Below are positions 38,865 to 49,173 of a stretch of 64,000 bases of DNA, piece after piece. Numbering within the stretch: position 1 is the first letter of the stretch; the number at the start of each line of letters is the position of its first letter. The position numbers and the translations under genes were made by a program. The notes under the pieces are model-generated. The model was not told where the DNA came from. It searched no databases and saw only the letters and a program-made list of their open reading frames with translations. This DNA is from Candidatus Bathyarchaeota archaeon (GTDB taxonomy: Archaea > Thermoproteota > Bathyarchaeia > Bathyarchaeales > Bathycorpusculaceae), in NCBI GenBank assembly GCA_963767735.1, contig CAVYES010000005.1, forward strand, positions 96,001 through 160,000, written 5' to 3'.

Positions 38865-40133
38865 ATGACTGAACCTGAAATCGTAGAAGAAAAGGAGCCA
38901 GATCCAAAAGAACCTGCCGATGAAGCCGTTGAACAAGTCCAAGCAGTTGAAGCAGTCAAACAAGATGAACCAGAAAAACCAGAATTAATAGACGAATTAA
39001 CAGAAGAAAAACATGAAGAAGAAACTGCACCAGACAAGAAAGAAAAGAAGTTAAAAGCAAAACCCGCCATAACCGAAGCAGCTGAACCCGAACCAGAAAC
39101 AGCAGAACCAGAATTGATCGAAGAGGAACCTGAAGAAGAAACTGAGTCGCCCAAGACAAAATACCAGTTTATTGAAGACCTTCCGGGTGTTGGTCCAGCG
39201 ACTGCACAGAAACTCCAGGAACTCGGCTATCACACGGTTGAATCGTTAGCGATGGCCACGATACGAGAACTTGAGCCGGTCGGGGTAAGCGAGAAGAAGG
39301 CTTTTCAAATAATTAGTGCAGCTCGCTCCACGATGGGTCTTTCCTTTGTGAGGGCTGATGAACTTTTCAAGACAAGAGCGGCTGTTCAGCGTTTGACCAG
39401 CGGAATCCAAGCTTTGGACAACCTTTTGGCAGGAGGATTAGAAACACAAACCATCACGGAGTTTTATGGCGAATGCGACAGCGGCAAAAGCCAGGTATGC
39501 CATCAACTATGTGTAAACGTGCAGTTGCCTCCTGAACGCGGCGGCTTAGGCGGCGGTGCACTCTACTTGGATACTGAGACAACCTTCAGGCTCGAACGTA
39601 TAGTGCAGATAGCTCAGCACTTAGGCTTGGATCCTCAGGAAGTAGCCAAAAACATCATCTACGCTGAAGCTTACACCTCTGATCATCAAATGTTTCTCTT
39701 AGAAAACGCCGATGAAATAATCAAGAAAAACAACATAAAACTAATCATTGTGGACTCTTTGACCGCGCACTTTCGAAACGAGTACCTGGGCAGAGAAATG
39801 TTAGCCCCAAGACAGCAGAAACTAAACAAGCACATGCACAAACTCATCTCTTTGGCAAGAGCGTTTAACTGCGTGGCAATAGTTACGAATCAGGTTATGG
39901 CTAAACCGGACCAGTTCTTCGGCGATGCTATACATCCGATTGGCGGAAACATTGTAGGTCACACAAGTCAAACGCGGATTTACCTTCGTAAACCAAAAAG
40001 TGGATCTACACGGATCGCGAGACTTGTTTCAAGTCCCTATCTGCCGGAGGGTGAAGAAATCTACAAGATAACTGAGAACGGCATAGAGGAAGTAACTGAG
40101 GAAGAAAAAGCTGCGAAAAAAGGCAGCCGCTAA
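38865..40133 (+). CDS. radA: RadA recombinase with ~95-aa acidic N-terminal extension
   Basis: IEDLPGVGPATA HhH, GECDSGKS, LIIVDS, HFRNEYLGREML..RQQKL, TNQV, IGGNIVGH. Confidence 0.9.
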   Translation: MTEPEIVEEKEPDPKEPADEAVEQVQAVEAVKQDEPEKPELIDELTEEKHEEETAPDKKEKKLKAKPAITEAAEPEPETAEPELIEEEPEEETESPKTKYQFIEDLPGVGPATAQKLQELGYHTVESLAMATIRELEPVGVSEKKAFQIISAARSTMGLSFVRADELFKTRAAVQRLTSGIQALDNLLAGGLETQTITEFYGECDSGKSQVCHQLCVNVQLPPERGGLGGGALYLDTETTFRLERIVQIAQHLGLDPQEVAKNIIYAEAYTSDHQMFLLENADEIIKKNNIKLIIVDSLTAHFRNEYLGREMLAPRQQKLNKHMHKLISLARAFNCVAIVTNQVMAKPDQFFGDAIHPIGGNIVGHTSQTRIYLRKPKSGSTRIARLVSSPYLPEGEEIYKITENGIEEVTEEEKAAKKGSR

Positions 40134-40243
40134 ATCAAGCTGTTGGTTCATTTATGCGGGGTACGAGCGTAAAAAAGCTGGCTGCTTAAGAGACATCCTG
40201 ACTTGTAACGCCTGCTCTTGAGATTTTTGGCTCAAAGTGGCTG

Positions 40244-40648
40244 TTAAACGTCGGGCAGTTTCCATCCTTCTTTTATTTTTTTCCTGATTATCTCTTGGAT
40301 TGCTGGGACTGTTAGAGCAAAGTCGATGTGCTCGCAGTCATTGCTTTTGTCTAAGTCGCAGAATATCCCTTCTGGTTTGAAGTAGATGTCTGCTATCATG
40401 TGGAGTTTGCGATCCGTTATTCTTGCGCCGTCTGCGTCGATGTTGTAGTGTTCGAAACGCGGCATTTCTGCCATTTTGTACTGACTTAAAAGTTCTCTTA
40501 GAGCGTCCTTTATTATTTCGGATCGGCTCTTGAATCCGTGTTTGCCGATTAACTTGTCCATTTCAACAACTATATCGTTTGGCAGCTTGATTGTTGTGTA
40601 GTTTCCTTCTATGGGGTCTTTCTCTATTCTCTTTGGCAACTCAATCAC
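40244..40648 (-). CDS. Ribbon-helix-helix (CopG) regulator with C-terminal Cys/His domain
   Basis: YTTIKLP..GFKSRSEIIKDALR; C..C.H tail. Confidence 0.85.
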   Translation of the reverse strand: MIELPKRIEKDPIEGNYTTIKLPNDIVVEMDKLIGKHGFKSRSEIIKDALRELLSQYKMAEMPRFEHYNIDADGARITDRKLHMIADIYFKPEGIFCDLDKSNDCEHIDFALTVPAIQEIIRKKIKEGWKLPDV

Positions 40649-40655
40649 GATTTGA

Positions 40656-40740
40656 TTAGTAATGCATTACTAAGATTATTATTTAACAATTCCTGTTAAT
40701 AAATCACTCGCCTGGTGGCAATATATTACTAATAGATTGC
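40656..40740. promoter_or_regulatory. Operators between the divergent RHH genes
   Basis: Perfect palindrome ttagtaatgcattactaa (40656-40673); related gcaatatattac and ctaatagattgc (40718-40740). Confidence 0.65.
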
Positions 40741-40794
40741 AATAAACGCTTAAGTGGAACCCCTTTTATTATGCTATTATTAATAGGTGATTAA

Positions 40795-40965
40795 ATGGGC
40801 AAGAAAGAAGTGTATGTAACAGTAAAGCTGCCAAAAACCTTGGTCGATGAAATCTTAGATCCCTTAGTTGGGGCGCATGGCTACTCAAGCAGAACTGAAG
40901 CCATAAAAGATGGCTTAAGAAGACTATCCGAAAAATACCAAAAAACAATATGTCGCGAGGCATAG
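40795..40965 (+). CDS. Small RHH regulator (56 aa, absent from the ORF track)
   Basis: MGKKEVYVTVKLPKTLVDEILDPLVGAHGYSSRTEAIKDGLRRL; RBS aggtga. Confidence 0.8.
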   Translation: MGKKEVYVTVKLPKTLVDEILDPLVGAHGYSSRTEAIKDGLRRLSEKYQKTICREA

Positions 40966-41189
40966 CGGCTTTGAAAAGCAAGAATTTTAGATGCACGCTT
41001 TGCTCAGGTAAAACCGAAAAGGTCTACGAGACAGAGCGCAACATATTTTTGCAATGTCCTCGCGACCATAAGGTTCCTAAAACTGAAAGACGCCCAGGTG
41101 ACCCGCACAAGTATCATGCACCAGTGTTTATGATTCGCAAGACGGAATTTGAAGACTTTAGCAAGGCGGCGATTGGTGGCGTAAGCTAA
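40950..41189 (+). CDS. Small zinc-finger-like protein
   Basis: CTLC..CPRDH. Confidence 0.55.
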   Translation: MSRGIAALKSKNFRCTLCSGKTEKVYETERNIFLQCPRDHKVPKTERRPGDPHKYHAPVFMIRKTEFEDFSKAAIGGVS

Positions 41190-41422
41190 TGGAACATGCT
41201 AAGGTTTGCCCTTTTGCCGCTGCCAATCCACAGCAGGAAAACAGCGATTGCCTAGGCGACGCATGCGCATGTTACGTAAAAATGCACAAACCCTGCTTAA
41301 TTCCTTCAGAACACTGCGAGATTGAATTTTTCTACCGCTATAAGGGCTGCGGACTAGTCGCTCATGTTCCTTGGGAACTAGTCAAACGCGAAGATCTCAA
41401 AAAGGGCAAACTAAACCCGTAA
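41189..41422 (+). CDS. Small Cys-rich protein
   Basis: CPF..CLGDACACY..GCGL; coupled stop/start. Confidence 0.55.
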   Translation: MEHAKVCPFAAANPQQENSDCLGDACACYVKMHKPCLIPSEHCEIEFFYRYKGCGLVAHVPWELVKREDLKKGKLNP

Positions 41423-41465
41423 ATTAACTTCGGGAAAAAGATGAGTTATTGAAAGGTGGGAGGGA

Positions 41466-41936
41466 ATGGCTGAGCTTACGGATAATGCATCTACCCCAGA
41501 TTGCATATTTGGCACCAAAGCCGGTTCAAATAACGGTAAGTCGGATGCTACCATGTCCGACGGCGCCAGCCCCTTATGCCCACTCGTCTATGTTCGATAC
41601 AAAGATCATGTGTTTTTTAAAAATATGCAAAATCCCAAAGCTGAAGCAATAGAGCGTGAGGCTATTGGTTGGGTAAAAGAGCAAACCGACGAGTTGTTAC
41701 TTCTTGAGAATGATCGGGCTATTCCAAGCCGTGGCAAGAATGTTAATGGGCTTATTATTTTGAAAAACTGTATCGTGGAAGCACATCCTCTGCTATTACA
41801 AAATAATTTAAAATGGGTTTTAAATTCAGCAAAGCCTACAGTGAAGGATGAGTATGCGTTCCGACCATCGGAGCGAAAAACTCACGGAGTCACAAATACT
41901 CCGGGAAAAACAGCGAAGGAGAAAAAACAACTTTGA
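41466..41936 (+). CDS. Hypothetical element protein
   Basis: LVYVRYKDH..EAIGW; overlaps integrase start. Confidence 0.55.
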   Translation: MAELTDNASTPDCIFGTKAGSNNGKSDATMSDGASPLCPLVYVRYKDHVFFKNMQNPKAEAIEREAIGWVKEQTDELLLLENDRAIPSRGKNVNGLIILKNCIVEAHPLLLQNNLKWVLNSAKPTVKDEYAFRPSERKTHGVTNTPGKTAKEKKQL

Positions 41937-43369
41937 CCATATCTATAGCGAAAGCTACCGTAACCTCTCCTATAACCCGAAACCATAAACTTTCTGTTGA
42001 AGAACTAAAAAGCCTCAACCTACCGCTGATAATCCAAGGCGACACCGTTGCCATCGAAAAAAGCTTAAACGGCTACCGTCTACGAAAACCAGTAACTATA
42101 AAACTCGAAAAAATCTTAGCCGCCCAAGAGAAAGGACTCGTCGACTACATCATACGCAGCTGCATCGAGCATCAACCAGGCATAATTCCCTACATTTTCG
42201 AATATCAAAGCATGCAAAAAATGGCAAGACATTTCCTGCGCCACTGCTCAGCCTCAAAAGCTAGCTGCCTTATGTACTCAACAAAATTAAAAAAATACGC
42301 TGAGTGGCTAGGACACAGCCCCGACACAATAATAGCTGACGTTAAACCCGCTGGTGCCATACCCGACCCGCAACGCGTTCAAATTCACTGCGGCTTTCTA
42401 CTCGATTATCTAGCAGAAGTTCAAGATGCAGGTCTAGAACCCAACGCTGTATGCAACCGCATTAAAGCAGTAAAAACCTTTTACCGAGCAAACGGCGTCA
42501 AAAAAGTTGAACTCGACGAACCATTAAAACGCAAAGTAACCTACAAAGACAGAGCGCCAAAACCCCAAGAAATAGCCACAATGCTTGATAATTCCGCCAC
42601 CCGAGAAGCCTTCATCATCGCAGCCATAGCTACAGGCGGATTCCGTATAGGAACCTTTGTAAAACTCAAATACCGTCACGTGCGCGAGGACTTAGAAGCA
42701 AATCGCATACCTATCCATGTTCATGTCGAAGCAGAAATAACCAAGGGCAAATACCACGACTACGACACGTTCCTTGGCGCTGAAGCTTGCAGCCTACTAA
42801 AAAGCTACATCGGAGAAAGAAAACGAGGCAACAGGTATTTCCCGCCCGAGCAGCTAACAGACGAATCCCCACTTATCCGTAACAGCCGCATAGCAGACAA
42901 GGTCTTAGGCGTTACCGAAAAAGCCGTACGAGACATAATACACGAACTTGTAGTCGGCGAAAAAATCGCACAGAAACTACCTAACAGCTGGATGTATAGC
43001 GTAAGAGTTCATAGCCTACGCAAATTCTTCCGAAGCCAAATGAGCATCGCAAAGATTGACCCCGAATTAGTTGAATACATGATGGGACACACTATCGACA
43101 CATACACCGACGTCCAAAGCTTAGGAATCGAGACTTTAAGAAATCTCTACTCAACCTCTGGGATAGCAATAAGATCAAAAACCGAAGTAAACCGCATTGA
43201 CCAGCTAAAGGAGATCATACGCTCATGGGGCGGAAACCCAGAAGAAATACTTACCAAAGACGCAATGTTTAGAGGAAACATCACTGAAGCATCAGACCAG
43301 ACCCAGAATCATCAGCTATCATTACTTGCTGAGCAACTTAAACAGCTTATCCGCAAGGAGGTTACCTAA
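41933..43369 (+). CDS. Tyrosine recombinase/integrase (intact)
   Basis: GGFRIGT, TKGK, HSLRKFF, MMGH, catalytic Tyr in DTYT. Confidence 0.9.
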   Translation: MTISIAKATVTSPITRNHKLSVEELKSLNLPLIIQGDTVAIEKSLNGYRLRKPVTIKLEKILAAQEKGLVDYIIRSCIEHQPGIIPYIFEYQSMQKMARHFLRHCSASKASCLMYSTKLKKYAEWLGHSPDTIIADVKPAGAIPDPQRVQIHCGFLLDYLAEVQDAGLEPNAVCNRIKAVKTFYRANGVKKVELDEPLKRKVTYKDRAPKPQEIATMLDNSATREAFIIAAIATGGFRIGTFVKLKYRHVREDLEANRIPIHVHVEAEITKGKYHDYDTFLGAEACSLLKSYIGERKRGNRYFPPEQLTDESPLIRNSRIADKVLGVTEKAVRDIIHELVVGEKIAQKLPNSWMYSVRVHSLRKFFRSQMSIAKIDPELVEYMMGHTIDTYTDVQSLGIETLRNLYSTSGIAIRSKTEVNRIDQLKEIIRSWGGNPEEILTKDAMFRGNITEASDQTQNHQLSLLAEQLKQLIRKEVT

Positions 43370-43462
43370 AATAACGCTAAAGATGTGGTACCTTTTAACG
43401 TGTGCACGACTGGAACCCAGCGGCCTCACCACTTACCTAAATCTTGGAGAGTTTTGAAGGGC

Positions 43463-44152
43463 TTACTTGTCAGATAGTTCTGGGATCTGCTCAGTCAACA
43501 TAACCCAGTTTGCGGAAACGCTCTTTCTTATTAGTGGCTTGACCATAGTGAAAACTGGCGGAGGCATTATCGACATAAATAATCTTGTAACTTTCACTTG
43601 GTCATCAGGGTCGAGTAGAGGTAATAGCCATTGAAACTGAGTAGGGATCCGTTCTGGAGGTGTTTTACTTGCCATGTTCCTAACAATTGAGACTTGCTCG
43701 TCGTCTGTTGTTCGTTCTCCGAGAATTGGATATAAATGTGCGTCTTCCTTGTCTAAATGAATTCGCAGATGCGAGTTTAAAACGGCTGTTGCTCTAACTG
43801 CCGTTAAAGGATCAGGTGCTTTGCGGATTGCTTCTAACCCCTGAACCATGTTGTCAAGTTCACGGTGATCTATGATGTAGGCTTTGGCTACAAGAGGCGC
43901 GATGTTGTCGACAGCTGGGAAAACCGCTGCCTCCTCACCTCTTGCGTGATAATCCAAGATTTCGGTCACGATTTGGAGTCGATCAAAAATGGGCGCCAAG
44001 TCTCCACCCTCACGTGCTATGTTAAGCATTGAGGTGTCGATTTGGGACATGTCTAGACGAAATGCATTATGAAAACAACGAACTATGTCTATAGGTCTTA
44101 ACAAAAAAATCTTCTCTAACATCATTTTGTGTTTGGGTTCGACAGAAATCAT
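43463..44152 (-). CDS. Hemerythrin-like (HHE) domain protein
   Basis: FHNAFR, HARGEE, DH, HLDKED. Confidence 0.85.
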   Translation of the reverse strand: MISVEPKHKMMLEKIFLLRPIDIVRCFHNAFRLDMSQIDTSMLNIAREGGDLAPIFDRLQIVTEILDYHARGEEAAVFPAVDNIAPLVAKAYIIDHRELDNMVQGLEAIRKAPDPLTAVRATAVLNSHLRIHLDKEDAHLYPILGERTTDDEQVSIVRNMASKTPPERIPTQFQWLLPLLDPDDQVKVTRLFMSIMPPPVFTMVKPLIRKSVSANWVMLTEQIPELSDK

Positions 44153-44586
44153 TAGTTTGAAGCGGGTTTACTCCCTCTATAAACCAATGACGCTATAATG
44201 AGAGTTACGATTAGTACAGCAGTGAAGAGGTATTCGAGGGTGTTAATTGCAGGAGGGGTTGGTACCGAGAAGAAGGAACCGGTTCGATCTATCGAAATGA
44301 TCAGGAAGAAGAGGACCACGCTGATGATCGCCAGACTCGAAGCTAATCTAACTCTGGCTCTCTTGAAGAGAAGGAGGACGATTGACGTCAGATCCAATGC
44401 GAGACCAACAAAAATAGTAGTAATCGCGATGTAGCCGAGCATCTTCAAGGCGGATATCGGGCGAGTCTCAAAGCCAATTGGAGTTAAGAGGATGATTATC
44501 ACGACGTTCACAATCATCACTATGGCAAGTATAATGGCGTTTTTGGAGAGTTTTGTTCCTGTTCCTTTGGAAATGTTTGAGATCAT
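44152..44586 (-). CDS. Four-TM membrane protein
   Basis: Hydrophobic; coupled to the hemerythrin gene. Confidence 0.65.
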   Translation of the reverse strand: MISNISKGTGTKLSKNAIILAIVMIVNVVIIILLTPIGFETRPISALKMLGYIAITTIFVGLALDLTSIVLLLFKRARVRLASSLAIISVVLFFLIISIDRTGSFFSVPTPPAINTLEYLFTAVLIVTLIIASLVYRGSKPASN

Positions 44587-44944
44587 GATTTAACCTTCAA
44601 TAGGATAAAATTTTGTTAGAAAAATTTTTCTCTACCCGATTTTCGGGTTTATCTGTTTTTCTTCTTAAACTGTGCCTTTATATAAAGATTGCTTATTCAC
44701 AGGGAATTCAGATAGCGCGATGGTATGAGTCCTCGCTGGCCAGAGTCTTATTTCAGCTTTTTCGCATAATTTGTACAAGATTTGAAGCTGCCCGTCCCCA
44801 TACCCAAAAGGGTTCAAAACCTTTACAAATAATAATAATTTTCTCTTCTCAAATAAGAAGCGAACAGGAGAGAAGATTGATGAATCGGGCAATAGAGATT
44901 CTAAGAATTATTAGGAATATACAAAGTAAAATCAAAGTTTCTTG

Positions 44945-45748
44945 TTAAACGATGCGCGTCATTTCTCTAGTAATATCGGTAATATTGCCCCGACTATACC
45001 GCATTATCTGTATGTTCTTTCCGTTAAGCTCTGCATAAGTGTTAAACGTTTCTTCGTCTTTGACCCACGATCCCGTATTCACCAAGTTTTGAGTGGGGCT
45101 AACGAATGGTCTATGAGTGTGACCGAAAACTAGCAGTTGCCTATCTTGTACACTCTGAGCTGCTTTTTGTTCGACCTCGCCAAAAGTGGTGGATAACCTA
45201 ACTTTTGGTGGTGTAAGCAAATGTTGCACGTAATTTTCTTTTGTAGAATGCAGTATTTCAATGAGGTACTTTATGGGCTCCAAAGTTTGACCGGCTGAAA
45301 CAAGCCTGTCCCATATGTCAGACCTTACCTGTCCGACTTCATCAGTTGTGGTGTCGCATAGTAATTCCATAATGGGTGGCCATTGATCAGAATCGAATTC
45401 ATATCCATGTTTAAACACGTAGGTGACATCTTTTCCTTGCAATGTAAGGTCCCGTTTAAATTCGAGAGGGTATTTATGGTCAACTAATTTTAGCAGATGA
45501 TAATCATGGTTGCCTGCAACGTAGTAGAGTGTCTTTTTCTGTTGCAGTGTAAGAAGAGATTGCAAGATTTGATGGTTTTCAAGAAATAGACCGATTATGT
45601 CTCTTCGCCACATGTCGATGAAGTCGCCCAAGATCACCAATGTATCAACGTCAGCTCTATCAATCGCAGTTTGAAGGAACGCATCAAACTCATCAACGTT
45701 TGACTGCGAATAGCCTAAATGAACATCAGAAACTACCAAGATTACCAT
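44945..45748 (-). CDS. Calcineurin-like metallophosphoesterase (LpxH-like)
   Basis: SDVHLG, GDFID, GNHD, HG, GHTH. Confidence 0.9.
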   Translation of the reverse strand: MVILVVSDVHLGYSQSNVDEFDAFLQTAIDRADVDTLVILGDFIDMWRRDIIGLFLENHQILQSLLTLQQKKTLYYVAGNHDYHLLKLVDHKYPLEFKRDLTLQGKDVTYVFKHGYEFDSDQWPPIMELLCDTTTDEVGQVRSDIWDRLVSAGQTLEPIKYLIEILHSTKENYVQHLLTPPKVRLSTTFGEVEQKAAQSVQDRQLLVFGHTHRPFVSPTQNLVNTGSWVKDEETFNTYAELNGKNIQIMRYSRGNITDITREMTRIV

Positions 45749-45991
45749 GTTGATCGCTATACATATTATAGACAGCAGTTAAGGTACTGTTCGTTTGGTT
45801 TAATAAGCATTAAGAAAACATGTCACAAAGAGTTCTTCGTTAAATCAGGCGAAGTAAAGGTACATCTGAATTCCGAAGATGCAACCTGAAATTTCAGTTC
45901 CAAAAGACACCTATTAGCTCCCATTAAAGGCGCATATACTAAAAAGCTAAGTGCTTGCTCTCATTTACTAAAGTTTGAGTGAGGCACCAAA

Positions 45992-46501
45992 ATGATCTCA
46001 ACCTTTGAACTAATTATAGGTGTTGCCGTCGGCGTCACCGTAACGATTCTAATTGAAGAGGGCATTTACCGCGTTATCAAGCGTTCAGCAAAGGCTGCAA
46101 AAACAAACCCTACCGTAATTCGTGATATTAGAGTGGCATTCCGAGTAATCGCAGTTCTTGCAATCGTTACAGTGATTCTTTCACTGACGGGTCTTGCATC
46201 GGAGTTTACTGAAATTACGATATCCGGAATCGGTGCTCTTGCCGTTTCGCTCGCTTTACAGAATACCCTATCCAACATCATCTCAGGTATACTCCTATTC
46301 CAGGACGGTGTAATTCACCTAAATGACACGGTAGAGTTTGGCAGCATTAAAGGTAAGGTCGTACGCCTCGCCCTGAGAAACACTTGGATCAAAATGGATT
46401 CGGGCAAGATTGCCGTTATCAGCAATTCTCAGCTCTCAGGCGGTCCTCTCATCAACCACTCTGCTACCGAACGCTTATTAAAAAAATATGCAATCGAGTG
46501 A
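45992..46501 (+). CDS. Small MscS-family mechanosensitive channel
   Basis: LALQNTLSNIISG..GKV..LRNT; lacks the long C-terminal domain. Confidence 0.8.
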   Translation: MISTFELIIGVAVGVTVTILIEEGIYRVIKRSAKAAKTNPTVIRDIRVAFRVIAVLAIVTVILSLTGLASEFTEITISGIGALAVSLALQNTLSNIISGILLFQDGVIHLNDTVEFGSIKGKVVRLALRNTWIKMDSGKIAVISNSQLSGGPLINHSATERLLKKYAIE

Positions 46502-46567
46502 ACGCGACGCTGCGAAAAAATCTGCCCTATAGCTTTCTCCAAATCGTGCTATGTCGAAAAATTGGGC

Positions 46568-47320
46568 TTATGTTGGGCTGTAAGATTTTCCTTTGTCCCA
46601 ATAGTAAAGGAAAAGTTCCCTTGCCCAATTTACGAACGTTTGGTCTTTGCCGTAGAAAGCAGCGTAGTCCATCCTTCCTTCTGTTGAAGGAAAACATATT
46701 TCAGCTTCTTTTTCAGTGCAAACTATTGATATTGGGACGTCGGTGAGAGTTCTGATTTCAGCTTGTGGAGCTTCTCCAGGAACATGATTGAAGTTGGGAA
46801 GCAAGGGGTCGTAGCCCATGAACTTGAATTTGACTCCTTTGGAGATGGGTCTCGACATCGCGGGACCTAACGATTCTAGGCGTTTTTCGCCCATCGCCCA
46901 CGCATACTTCTCAGCTTCGCTAAATATCTGCTCTGCCCTGTTCACGTTCTCAATCGTGTCCATGCAAAGTGCGCTTCTCGAAAGCTCGCCTAATCTGTTG
47001 ACAAACTGGTACGGGAGTCGCCAAACGTCGTGATTTAGAAAGTACTCTTTATACTCGAAGGTAAATTCGAGTGATTGAAGAAGACACAGGGTTATTTTTC
47101 CGTAGTTTGTAATTGTGTATGTTCCATCAGGAAGTCTCTGAATTAAGAGTGCTTGAGTTAGGTTTTGTAGCTGTCTGAAAGCTTCAGTGGCTGTTAACCC
47201 CAATTTTCCGCCCAACTCGTTGTTCTTAAGATTCTGTTCTTTTAGCTCGCGTATTATGCCGATTCTGCTTTCACTTGCAAGCTCAAAAAACAATTTTTCT
47301 ATTCCGTCAGTTTTTTCCAA
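46568..47320 (-). CDS. Archaeal wHTH regulator (ArsR-like N-terminus, DUF1724-like C-terminus)
   Basis: LFFELASESR..YFLNHD..WARELFLYYW. Confidence 0.8.
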   Translation of the reverse strand: MEKTDGIEKLFFELASESRIGIIRELKEQNLKNNELGGKLGLTATEAFRQLQNLTQALLIQRLPDGTYTITNYGKITLCLLQSLEFTFEYKEYFLNHDVWRLPYQFVNRLGELSRSALCMDTIENVNRAEQIFSEAEKYAWAMGEKRLESLGPAMSRPISKGVKFKFMGYDPLLPNFNHVPGEAPQAEIRTLTDVPISIVCTEKEAEICFPSTEGRMDYAAFYGKDQTFVNWARELFLYYWDKGKSYSPT

Positions 47321-47429
47321 ACTGCATCACCGTATGGTTACGCGTACACATTGTTGTATACGAGTACACATGCTCGTCAAATAAGACTAATGGGGATTGC
47401 AACCTATTTGCTTTTTGAAGGAAATAAAA

Positions 47430-47717
47430 ATGACAGATGAAAGCAAACCGGTGGAAAAAGATCGCTCTTTCTCGATTGAACTAAAATCAAAAGTCAACCT
47501 CAAGAACATAACCCTGAACGACGATTCCCGGGAAAACGCTGTCATCGAAGGAACGATAGGCAAACTGGAACACGCTGGATTCGTCGAGGACATGGTTTTG
47601 GAAGTTCGAGGCAAAAAAGGCGTTTTGAGAATTGACATTAACGAAGACGAAATAAAAAGAAAAGGAAAAGGAACGAACGCTCAAGATAATTCTGCACAAA
47701 AGGAGGAGGTGAATTAA
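47430..47717 (+). CDS. Hypothetical protein
   Basis: FSIELKSK..IEGTIG..GVLRID; first gene of operon. Confidence 0.6.
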   Translation: MTDESKPVEKDRSFSIELKSKVNLKNITLNDDSRENAVIEGTIGKLEHAGFVEDMVLEVRGKKGVLRIDINEDEIKRKGKGTNAQDNSAQKEEVN

Positions 47718-47720
47718 ACA

Positions 47721-48512
47721 ATGGAGAGAATGTTGGTTGTAGTTTTTGAGAACGAACTAAAAGCATATGACGGATCTAGAACACTAAAGGCGCTTGATGC
47801 AGAAGGAAGCATTTCTGTTCACGCCGAAGCTGTGATAAAGAAAAATGATGATGGCACGGTTACCATAAAGCAGGCGGGAGACGAATTTCCGATTCGTACA
47901 CTCGGCGGAACAACAATCGGTGCTTTGATCGGACTTCTAGGAGGACCAATCGGATTAGCTGTTGGGGCCGTGGCTGGGACTTTTGCCGGAGGCGCCTGGG
48001 ATATAAATCGGGCTGGAGTCAACGCAGATTTCTTAGACGAGGTGTCGGCAAAACTTACGCCTGGCAAATGGGCGATAGTTTCAGAAATCAGCGAAGACTG
48101 GGTCACTCCAGTTGATACCCAAATGGAAGCGCTTGGCGGCACCGTATTTCGCACAGCGCGGAGAAGTGTTGAACACGAACAATACGCCAAAGATGTGGCA
48201 GCTATCAAAGCGGACATTGCCCAGTTGAAGGCAGAACAAGCTAAGTCGCGGGCAGACCAAAAGGCCAAGCTTCAGACCAAGATCGACAACTTGAATAAGA
48301 AATTGAATGCAAAGTTAGAGCAAGCTAAGCAGACGTCGGAGCAGCAAAAAAAAGAAGCCAAGGCTAAAGTGAATGCTTTAGAAAAGAAAGCGGCAAAAGC
48401 GAAAGGTGAAGCAAAGGCGAAAATTGAAGCAAGAATCGCCGACATCAAAGAGAGCGAAAAAAAATCCTCGGAAGACTTTAACAAATGGCTAAACGGGGAA
48501 GAACTCACATGA
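47721..48512 (+). CDS. DUF1269-like membrane protein with C-terminal coiled coil
   Basis: Glycine-zipper GALIGLLGGPIG; Lys/Ala coiled coil. Confidence 0.75.
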   Translation: MERMLVVVFENELKAYDGSRTLKALDAEGSISVHAEAVIKKNDDGTVTIKQAGDEFPIRTLGGTTIGALIGLLGGPIGLAVGAVAGTFAGGAWDINRAGVNADFLDEVSAKLTPGKWAIVSEISEDWVTPVDTQMEALGGTVFRTARRSVEHEQYAKDVAAIKADIAQLKAEQAKSRADQKAKLQTKIDNLNKKLNAKLEQAKQTSEQQKKEAKAKVNALEKKAAKAKGEAKAKIEARIADIKESEKKSSEDFNKWLNGEELT

Positions 48513-49093
48513 ACATTTTGAAACAGCCGAGTTGGCTACGAGGACTAGAGATACTGGCTGGCTTGTTCGCTATGGTGGTTGGCGTTATGGTGTTCGCATT
48601 TCCAGGCTGGGGTGTCTCGACTCTCGTTTTTTTACTTTCAATTGGCCTAATTATCGTTGGAATCCGATCAATCTCTCTTGTGGGCTACAGTGGTCTTCCA
48701 CGGGGTCTGAGAGCTGTTAGCACAATATCAGGAATTATATCTCTTATACTTGCGGGGGCAGTGCTTATCTTTCCGAGCTATGGCGTTCTGACCTTGATGG
48801 TATTTGTATCGTTTGGGTTGCTTATATACGGAGTCAGCAGGATATTTTTGGCTTATTCGCTGAAATCGACAATCAGTGGACTCAGAGATTTGATTGTGGC
48901 TGTTGGTGCAATTGATGTCATTCTATCAGTTCTTGTGCTTGTTCTCCCTAGCCTCGCGTTGCTAACGTTTGCAGTTATCCTTGCACTGGCGTTGCTAGTA
49001 AGTGGTGCAGAAATGATTGTTTCAGGAGCAATTGGTCGCACGTGGCTTGGAGAGATGGTGAAAGCCATAAGAGAAGAGATGGGTGAAGGATAA
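48509..49093 (+). CDS. HdeD/DUF308 membrane protein
   Basis: Repeated helical hairpins with G..FP pattern. Confidence 0.75.
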   Translation: MNILKQPSWLRGLEILAGLFAMVVGVMVFAFPGWGVSTLVFLLSIGLIIVGIRSISLVGYSGLPRGLRAVSTISGIISLILAGAVLIFPSYGVLTLMVFVSFGLLIYGVSRIFLAYSLKSTISGLRDLIVAVGAIDVILSVLVLVLPSLALLTFAVILALALLVSGAEMIVSGAIGRTWLGEMVKAIREEMGEG

Positions 49094-49173
49094 ATGTTGA
49101 ACTTCAGTCGTGAGCAGGCAATAAGGTCGCCCATACAATTACCTATATCAAAAATAAGGGAGGTGAAATAAGT

